DNA of 64,000 nt from Bacteroidales bacterium (lineage in GTDB: Bacteria; Bacteroidota; Bacteroidia; Bacteroidales; UBA7960): positions 6,235-70,234 of the forward strand of contig PWKN01000260.1 in NCBI GenBank assembly GCA_003559735.1, in the 5' to 3' direction. Under the pieces are notes generated by a model. The model was not told the DNA's origin. It ran no database searches and was given only the letters and a program-made list of their open reading frames with translations. Numbering within the stretch: position 1 is the stretch's first letter; each line of letters starts with the position of its first letter. This document shows, in pieces, positions 57,726 to 64,000 of the stretch. Both the position numbers and the translations under genes were made by a program.

Positions 57726-58592
57726 ATGATGAAAAACACAAAGAGTAAGCTAAACAAGTTATGGATTGTGGTTGCTGCATCTTTTCTAATGCTGATGAAC
57801 CTGCAGTATTGTGCCCCGGAGACCGATGAGATTGAATTGGGGTATGTTTTGTGGGATTGCGCCAATGCTTCTACGCATGTGGTTGCTGCTCTTATTGAGG
57901 ATGAACTTGGTAAAGAGGTGAACCTCACCGCCGTTGACGCTGGACCGATGTGGATGGGTCTTGCCCGTGGCGATTTTGATGCGATGGTTACGGCTTGGTT
58001 ACCCGCTACGCACGATGCGTATTATGAGCAAACATATGGTGATGTGGTCAACCTCGGACCCAACCTTGATGGTGCACGCATCGGGTGGGTCGTGCCTGCC
58101 TTTGTACCTGTAAACAGCATTAGTGACCTGCCTGACTACATTGATGAGTTTGATGGTGAGGTAATAGGTATTGATCCGGGTGCCGGACTGATGGCAGCCA
58201 GTGAACGTGCAATAAATGAATACGGACTGGACTATAACCTGTTGTCGGGTTCTGATGCTGCGATGACGGCTGCATTAGACCGTGCAATAGAAAGAGAAGA
58301 ATGGATCATAGTAACCGGGTGGACCCCGCACTGGAAATTTGCAGCTTATGACCTGAAGTACCTGGAGGATCCAAAGAAGGTCTTTGGTGATGCCGAACAT
58401 ATTGCCACGTTTGTAACTCCCGGTCTTGAAGAAAGGCATCCGGATGTATACACATTATTGGATCGGTTCTACTGGACATCCGGACAAATTGGAGAGGTAA
58501 TGGGCAATATTGAGGAAGGGATGGAACCCTTTGATGCAGCCAGGATATGGATTGCAGAAAACCAGGATATTGTCAGGGAGTGGCTCCCATAA
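57726..58592 (+). CDS. proX: Glycine betaine/proline-betaine ABC transporter substrate-binding lipoprotein (OpuAC/ProX-like)
   Basis: Lipobox NLQYC. WDCANASTHVVAALIED...GDFDAMVTAWLPATH pattern. Start placed at MMKNTK (57726); the ORF is open from a TTG at 57684. Confidence 0.75.
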   Translation: MMKNTKSKLNKLWIVVAASFLMLMNLQYCAPETDEIELGYVLWDCANASTHVVAALIEDELGKEVNLTAVDAGPMWMGLARGDFDAMVTAWLPATHDAYYEQTYGDVVNLGPNLDGARIGWVVPAFVPVNSISDLPDYIDEFDGEVIGIDPGAGLMAASERAINEYGLDYNLLSGSDAAMTAALDRAIEREEWIIVTGWTPHWKFAAYDLKYLEDPKKVFGDAEHIATFVTPGLEERHPDVYTLLDRFYWTSGQIGEVMGNIEEGMEPFDAARIWIAENQDIVREWLP

Positions 58593-58608
58593 TTGAACAC
58601 CATTACAT

Positions 58609-59859
58609 ATGAAGGAAAAGATTGTTGTCAGAAACCTTTATAAGGTTTTTGGACGCCAGCCCGGAAAGGCCCTCAAGGCACTGTCGGAGGGAAAGTCAAA
58701 GGCCGATATCCTCCGTGAATACAACCAGGTGGTGGGTGTCAACAATGTGACATTCACCGTCTATGAACGCGAAATTTTTGTATTGATGGGTCTTTCCGGC
58801 AGTGGCAAGTCAACGCTGGAACGGTTGCTGAACCGTTTGCATGAGCCCACCAGCGGGGAGATCATTATTGAAGGTACAGACATCACGAAATTGAGCAAAA
58901 AGGAACTCCGGGAGTTTCGCCGCAATCATTTCTGTGGGATGGTATTCCAGAATTTTGCCATTTTGCCGCACCGCACGGTGTTGGAGAATGTAGAATTCGG
59001 ACTGGAACTCAAGGGTATAGCCAGGCAGGAGCGTCGTGAACGGGCAATGAAGGTCATTGAACAGGTAGGTCTTACCGGCAATGAGGACAGTTATCCGTCT
59101 GAACTATCAGGGGGTATGCAGCAGCGGGTAGGTTTGGCGCGCGGATTGCTGGCTGATGCCAGCATACTCCTAATGGACGAAGCGTTTAGTGCACTTGACC
59201 CGCTTATAAGACGGCAGATGCAGGATGAGTTGCTGGAGCTCCAGGACAAGATGCAGAAGACCATAGTTTTTGTGACCCATGATCTCGATGAGGCTTTTCG
59301 CCTGGGCGACCGGATTGCCATCATGAAAGACGGACGTATTGAACAGGTTGGTGCTGCCGAAGAGATCATCTCCACGCCAGCCTCTGACTATGTGAGGGCC
59401 TTTGTGGAGGATATGAACAGGGTGGCCATACTTACAGCCGGATCAATCATGGAGCCAGTAAGGGATACCGCATTCCCCGGTGACGGCCCGAGGACAATAT
59501 TGCGAAAGATCAGAAAAAACAACCTTACAGGGATCCTGCTCGCTGATACCAAGCGAAAGCTGAAAGGATACATCAGGGCGGAGGAGTTGGTTTCCCATAT
59601 CAATAAACACCGGGAGATGGAAAAAATACCGCTCATCCCTGAGCTGATCCACCAGCCATCGGTTGTACACAATGACCTTCCGCTCAATGAAGTGATCAAC
59701 ACATATAACAACACCGAGTTTGGTCCCGTTGCTGTTGTAGATGATAACGACAGATTGCAGGGGGTTATCGTTAAGGGTGCCATCATTGGTGCCCTGGCAG
59801 AAAATGCTGATGGTGGTTCTGCTGTTGAGAACGGCAGAGAAGATAAGGAGACAAATTAA
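58609..59859 (+). CDS. proV: Glycine betaine/proline ABC transporter ATP-binding protein with C-terminal CBS pair
   Basis: Walker A GLSGSGKSTL. Signature LSGGMQQRVGLARGL. Walker B LLMDEAFSALDP. About 140 C-terminal aa are CBS-like. Confidence 0.85.
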   Translation: MKEKIVVRNLYKVFGRQPGKALKALSEGKSKADILREYNQVVGVNNVTFTVYEREIFVLMGLSGSGKSTLERLLNRLHEPTSGEIIIEGTDITKLSKKELREFRRNHFCGMVFQNFAILPHRTVLENVEFGLELKGIARQERRERAMKVIEQVGLTGNEDSYPSELSGGMQQRVGLARGLLADASILLMDEAFSALDPLIRRQMQDELLELQDKMQKTIVFVTHDLDEAFRLGDRIAIMKDGRIEQVGAAEEIISTPASDYVRAFVEDMNRVAILTAGSIMEPVRDTAFPGDGPRTILRKIRKNNLTGILLADTKRKLKGYIRAEELVSHINKHREMEKIPLIPELIHQPSVVHNDLPLNEVINTYNNTEFGPVAVVDDNDRLQGVIVKGAIIGALAENADGGSAVENGREDKETN

Positions 59860-59889
59860 CAAACAAACATTCCATTAAAAAAAACAGAG

Positions 59890-60732
59890 ATGTTCCCATT
59901 TCGAATACCCATAAAGGACTGGATCTCTGCAGCTGTTGATTACCTTGTAAGTGAGCTTGGTACTGTGTTTGACGGTTTCAGTGCGTTCATATTTTTCCTG
60001 GTAAATAACCTTAAAGACGGGATGCTGTTCTTACATCCCCTCATACTGATTGCCATCATTGCTTTTTTAACCTATAAGATGGCCGGCTGGCAGATCGCTT
60101 TGTTTTCGGTGGCCGGATTATTGCTTACTGAAAACATCGGGATGTGGGTACCCTTCGTTGAGACCCTGTCGCTGGTATTGACGGCCGAGATACTTGTGAT
60201 GATTGTGGGGTTGCCACTGGGCATTTATGCTGCCCGCAGCAATAAGTTCAATACGTTTATCAGGCCGATACTGGACTTCATGCAGACCATGCCCGCTTTT
60301 GTTTACCTGATACCCGCCGTGATGTTTTTTGGTCTGGGATTGGTACCCGGGGTTGTGGCAACATTTGTTTTTGCATTGCCCCCCTTGATCCGTCTCACCA
60401 ACCTGGGCATTCGCCAGGTTCCAAAAGAGCTGACAGAAGCGGCTGATGCTTTTGGTGCCACCAACCTGCAAAAGTTGTTCAAGGTACAGATTCCCGTGGC
60501 CAAACCAACGATCATGGCAGGTGTGAACCAGTCGATCATGCTGGGCTTATCGATGGTTGTAATTGCAGCAATGATCGGCGCTGGCGGCCTTGGTACCAAT
60601 GTGTTGAGAGGTATTCAGCGTTTACAGGTGGGAGAGGGCTTTGAGGCCGGCCTGGTGGTGGTGATCCTCGCGATCATTCTCGATCGTCTGACGGCAGGTT
60701 TGGGCCAGCGAAAAAAGGTGAAACAGGAGTAA
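59890..60732 (+). CDS. proW: Glycine betaine/proline ABC transporter permease
   Basis: BPD_transp_1-like EAADAFGATNLQKLFKVQIPVAKPTIMAGVNQ. Six hydrophobic helices. Confidence 0.8.
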   Translation: MFPFRIPIKDWISAAVDYLVSELGTVFDGFSAFIFFLVNNLKDGMLFLHPLILIAIIAFLTYKMAGWQIALFSVAGLLLTENIGMWVPFVETLSLVLTAEILVMIVGLPLGIYAARSNKFNTFIRPILDFMQTMPAFVYLIPAVMFFGLGLVPGVVATFVFALPPLIRLTNLGIRQVPKELTEAADAFGATNLQKLFKVQIPVAKPTIMAGVNQSIMLGLSMVVIAAMIGAGGLGTNVLRGIQRLQVGEGFEAGLVVVILAIILDRLTAGLGQRKKVKQE

Positions 60733-60821
60733 ATGCCTTGATCAAGTTTGCAGGAAACAGATTTGCTTAAGCTTTGCCACCCAGGTTTAACACCATATTT
60801 GGCAACAACGGCAACCAGTCA

Positions 60822-62174
60822 TTATCCTTTTCTCGAATGCACCCCTGACCATCCGCTAAGCCATGATATGAGACCAAACACCACTATGATTGCCACTGCT
60901 GCCCATACGGACCACCATATTCCCAGGCTGATCAAAATGAACGGTGCTGTAGCAGTAATGAATCCACCGCCAAGGAAGGGTTCGTAGAGCATTTGCTTAA
61001 AGCCGAAAGCCTGCGCTGTGTCGGTCTTATAATGGGGATCAACGAGCCTGAGCAAGAGCAGTCCCATAGCGGTCACACCACTTTGCATCCCGTATTCGGT
61101 AATGCCTCTTTCCAGCCAGTTATAGGGGAACATACGTGGTGCCAGCACGATCAGTGCAAAGAACAGCCAGGCGATGCCAGCAGCCATGAGTATGAGGAAA
61201 GGCCACAGGTTTTCAATAAAAAGGTCCAGTCTGATCGAGGCGATGGCAGCAACCACCAGTACATCGAGCGAAAAACCCAGTATCCGTTCGAATGTCAGCC
61301 GATCGTAATACTGACTGACTTTCAATGGCATAGAGATCGCCTGCACGATCATACCCCCCATCATGGCCAGGGGAAACAGTGGAAATCCACTCAGCATGGG
61401 GTGTATTTGCCTGATACCTGCCAGCATAACCCACCCTATCACGATCGCCAGTCCGACGATGGCAAAATGGAAGGCCAGCGGTTCAATTGATTCAGAGGCG
61501 ACGGTGGCTTTTGAGCTGGTAAAACGTTCTTTTTCAGGGATCAGTCCCACTTTCTTAAACTCAGGGATCCCCCTGGACTGGTCCAGGTTGACGCAATAGC
61601 CTTTCCGTATGGCAACATTGATATAAAAGACCCCACCCACAATGGCTGTGATGATCCCCACCGTGGCCGACATTTGTGCCAGTGCCGATCCTGCCGGGAA
61701 TCCCAGTTCGGCAAACACCTGATGCATACCAGCAGCCGTTCCGTGTCCACCTGCAAAGCCTATTTCAAGGATGGTTGCAAATATTGGCGGTACATCAAAC
61801 AGCGGCATCAGTATCAATGCGGTTACCAGCATGGCAACCAGGTACTGGCCGCTGCCGACGATCATACCAAAGCAAAGCTGGCTCCCTCCCTGTGTCCACA
61901 TGGTTTTTATTCCCGGTATCATCACCCCCAGAAAGAGGGTGGCAAAGACGATATTGATCAGCAATCCGGGAATTTGCGACCAGGTATCGAATAAAAATCC
62001 AGGCAGCACATCCAAAAGGTACGGTCCTGCGAGCAATGCCAGAAATCCGCCTATTATGGAGGCGGGCAGAAAGATCCGTTGAAACAATGCCACCTTTGCC
62101 CGCAATACCTTTCCTGCCAGCAAAAACAGCAGCAGGATACACAAACTGAAAAACACTCCGGTGAGTCCTTCCAT
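60822..62174 (-). CDS. gltS: Sodium/glutamate symporter (GltS/ESS family)
   Basis: About 450 aa, multi-TM. N-terminus LLLFLLAGKVLRAKVALFQRIFLPASIIGGFLALLAGPY is typical of GltS. Confidence 0.65.
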   Translation of the reverse strand: MEGLTGVFFSLCILLLFLLAGKVLRAKVALFQRIFLPASIIGGFLALLAGPYLLDVLPGFLFDTWSQIPGLLINIVFATLFLGVMIPGIKTMWTQGGSQLCFGMIVGSGQYLVAMLVTALILMPLFDVPPIFATILEIGFAGGHGTAAGMHQVFAELGFPAGSALAQMSATVGIITAIVGGVFYINVAIRKGYCVNLDQSRGIPEFKKVGLIPEKERFTSSKATVASESIEPLAFHFAIVGLAIVIGWVMLAGIRQIHPMLSGFPLFPLAMMGGMIVQAISMPLKVSQYYDRLTFERILGFSLDVLVVAAIASIRLDLFIENLWPFLILMAAGIAWLFFALIVLAPRMFPYNWLERGITEYGMQSGVTAMGLLLLRLVDPHYKTDTAQAFGFKQMLYEPFLGGGFITATAPFILISLGIWWSVWAAVAIIVVFGLISWLSGWSGVHSRKG

Positions 62175-62241
62175 ACAAACACGTTTTTAAAACGCAAAGA
62201 AAATCAATTCTTTGTTAGTATCCCAAAAGAAAACACAGAAA

Positions 62242-64000
62242 TTAAAATGTAGCGGTCATCCTTACACTGAAGCTGCGGTGTGGCCTGATATCGCCGGGCC
62301 GGCCCATGTGTTCGGTGTTTGTGATGTTGTTACCGACCAAAGAGAGCTGGTACCGGTGGCTTACCTGGCAGGCCAGCCGAAGGTCGAGCACGAAATAACC
62401 GGTATTTTTTGTTTGCCAGTAGTTATAAAAGCCAGGCAGTATATGTTCTCTTGTCAGCGGGTTCAGGAAGGCATCGTCTATATCGAGGATCCTTGATCTG
62501 GCAGTCAGCGTAAAACCGGCACTGACCCTGTCAACTGCAGAGGTCAGACTTACCGTCAGTGCATGCTTTCTTCGAAACTTCAGGTATTCGCCGGTATTCT
62601 TGTAGGTATTGGGGTCAAATTCGACGGGCACCATAAACACATAGCCCCCCATTGCTGAATGCTCGACACGGCCGGTAGAATAGTTCATCATAATTTCCGC
62701 TTCTGTTCCGTATACCCTCGAGTATTCAATATTTGCAGCACGAAATCCAGGTTCGGTTCTGTTCGTAACCGGATTGCGGTAGATACCGAAGACATATTCG
62801 ATCATATCCTCATTTTGTCCGTAGAAGACAGCCACATCGACCAGTCCGTCTGCCTGCGGGGTAATGATCCCACGTTTCAGTCCGATTTCGGCATTCCATC
62901 CGCTTTCTGGTTTGATCAGGGGGTTGGGAATGATTTGCACGCTGCCGATGGTTGTGGCTGCGTGTTTTTCAGCAATTGACGGATACCGGTATCCTTGTCC
63001 GAAGGAAGCCCTCACAAAGCTCGCCGTTCCGGTCCGGTAGTTTGCCCCGGCCCTGAACAGCAGGGTAGGGGTATCTTTCTGATCGTTCAGGGTATTGTAT
63101 TCCATTCGCATACCACTCACCAGTGTCAGGCGTTCGGCAGGCTTCAGGTTGGCCTGCAGGTAGGCAGCAACATTTGTTGCTGTATGGTCGCCATACAGGT
63201 TTGACCTGATCTGGCTGCTGTAATGTGTCACCCCGGCATTCAGGCTCAGGATATCGGTGGTTCTGATCCATCCCTGGTATTCGGTATAGGTTGATTGGGT
63301 ACGGCTGTTATTCTGCTCATTATCTTCAAACTGGTTGTCGGATGCCTGGATACGCATTCTGAACTGGTGTGTTTGTTTGTCAGTCTGCCGAAAGCTTACA
63401 AAAGGATCGACATACACAAACAGTCCCTTCATCCGGGAGGCGGTCAGCGGATTTTGTTTCAGTGCCCCTGTTTCCGCGTTTTCCCATAGCAGGAAATCAT
63501 ATTTGTCTATCATGCCCCCATTTACTGCCAGTCCGTATGAGAGGTTGTCCACACGGGGATGATTCCGTTTTATCCGGAAGTTGGCCCTCCCCAGGGTTTC
63601 ATTATCCCGTTTCCTGTACCCGTTGTCGAGCAAAACGAAGCTGCCCACGCTGATGCCGGTATTTCCGTATTGTTTGTTGTGGGTCAGTGATGCATTGTGG
63701 TATGACCGGGGTGTATCCCACCATATCCAGTTTTTGTTTGCCGGGTTTCCAAAAAAGGTTGTTTCGGCATGGAACCTCGTTATCCCTTCAGGTCTGGCTT
63801 CAGCTGTCCGGAAATTGACGATCCCGTTGAGGGCGGATGATCCATACAGTACTGATGACGCACCTTTGATCACCTCTATCTGGGAAATATTCTCAAGTGG
63901 CAGGGAGTGCCACCTGACGCTCCCCGCATCAGGAGTAATAGCAGGCAGTCCGTCGATCATCACCAGCACCCGGCTCCCCGCCCCATAGCTGTATCCGCTC
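62242..64000 (-). CDS. TonB-dependent receptor (partial; N-terminus lies beyond the window end)
   Basis: Plug motif IEVIKGASSVLYGSSALNGIVNF near the window edge. Long beta-barrel. C-terminal ...SFSVRMTATF with terminal Phe. The frame is still open at 64000. Confidence 0.85.
   Translation of the reverse strand, partial: SGYSYGAGSRVLVMIDGLPAITPDAGSVRWHSLPLENISQIEVIKGASSVLYGSSALNGIVNFRTAEARPEGITRFHAETTFFGNPANKNWIWWDTPRSYHNASLTHNKQYGNTGISVGSFVLLDNGYRKRDNETLGRANFRIKRNHPRVDNLSYGLAVNGGMIDKYDFLLWENAETGALKQNPLTASRMKGLFVYVDPFVSFRQTDKQTHQFRMRIQASDNQFEDNEQNNSRTQSTYTEYQGWIRTTDILSLNAGVTHYSSQIRSNLYGDHTATNVAAYLQANLKPAERLTLVSGMRMEYNTLNDQKDTPTLLFRAGANYRTGTASFVRASFGQGYRYPSIAEKHAATTIGSVQIIPNPLIKPESGWNAEIGLKRGIITPQADGLVDVAVFYGQNEDMIEYVFGIYRNPVTNRTEPGFRAANIEYSRVYGTEAEIMMNYSTGRVEHSAMGGYVFMVPVEFDPNTYKNTGEYLKFRRKHALTVSLTSAVDRVSAGFTLTARSRILDIDDAFLNPLTREHILPGFYNYWQTKNTGYFVLDLRLACQVSHRYQLSLVGNNITNTEHMGRPGDIRPHRSFSVRMTATF

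Noticed and set aside
60993-61490. 165-aa plus-strand ORF and the other ORFs nested in 60822-62174
   Set aside because: They are antisense to, or out of frame with, the multi-TM GltS-like gene.
1-64000. tRNA, rRNA, tmRNA, transposase, integrase, phage or defence-system genes
   Set aside because: I scanned all intergenic spacers longer than 100 bp by eye and found no T-loop (GGTTCGAATCC-like) or other RNA-gene hallmarks. None of the supported CDSs carries recombinase, nuclease-helicase or toxin-antitoxin-type motifs. A covariance-model scan (tRNAscan-SE, Infernal) would be the decisive check.

Overview
This looks like a chromosomal, mostly housekeeping segment of a Bacteroidota-type genome. 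Supporting markers are T9SS porQ, a long NusB, a DUF3276/PUR-like protein, the DUF1599-folP pair, a GH3-family enzyme, a TonB-dependent receptor, and TAnnTTTG -7 promoter motifs 20-190 nt upstream of many starts. I support about 57 protein genes, nearly all with recognisable catalytic or family motifs. All product calls come from motif recall, since no searches could be run. I found no rRNA, tRNA, CRISPR array, transposase, integrase or phage genes. Many long ORFs in the six-frame track are antisense shadows of real genes and are rejected. The most unusual locus is at 48410-50940 on the minus strand: two adjacent stand-alone LytTR DNA-binding proteins with no receiver domain, followed by a membrane-anchored tandem-Cache protein with no transmitter domain. 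An intergenic TTGCAAT direct repeat lies between them, so this is a candidate non-canonical sensing module. Other items worth a second look: (1) a 106-bp tandem repeat built from GGAAG/CTTCC palindromes that fills a convergent intergenic gap (19620-19866); (2) an in-frame TGA splitting the first TM helix of a VWA-like membrane protein (37227); (3) a mosaic of gene remnants at the window start (kinase fragment plus inverted PiT-like fragment); (4) a duplicated promoter-like module bracketing a perfect 15-bp hairpin (34314-34518); (5) a stop-poor intergenic region with an ATGA-coupled Cys-rich small ORF (24663-24875); (6) a TatA with a long repeat-bearing basic tail; (7) a porin-like gene heading a glycine-betaine ABC transporter cluster.
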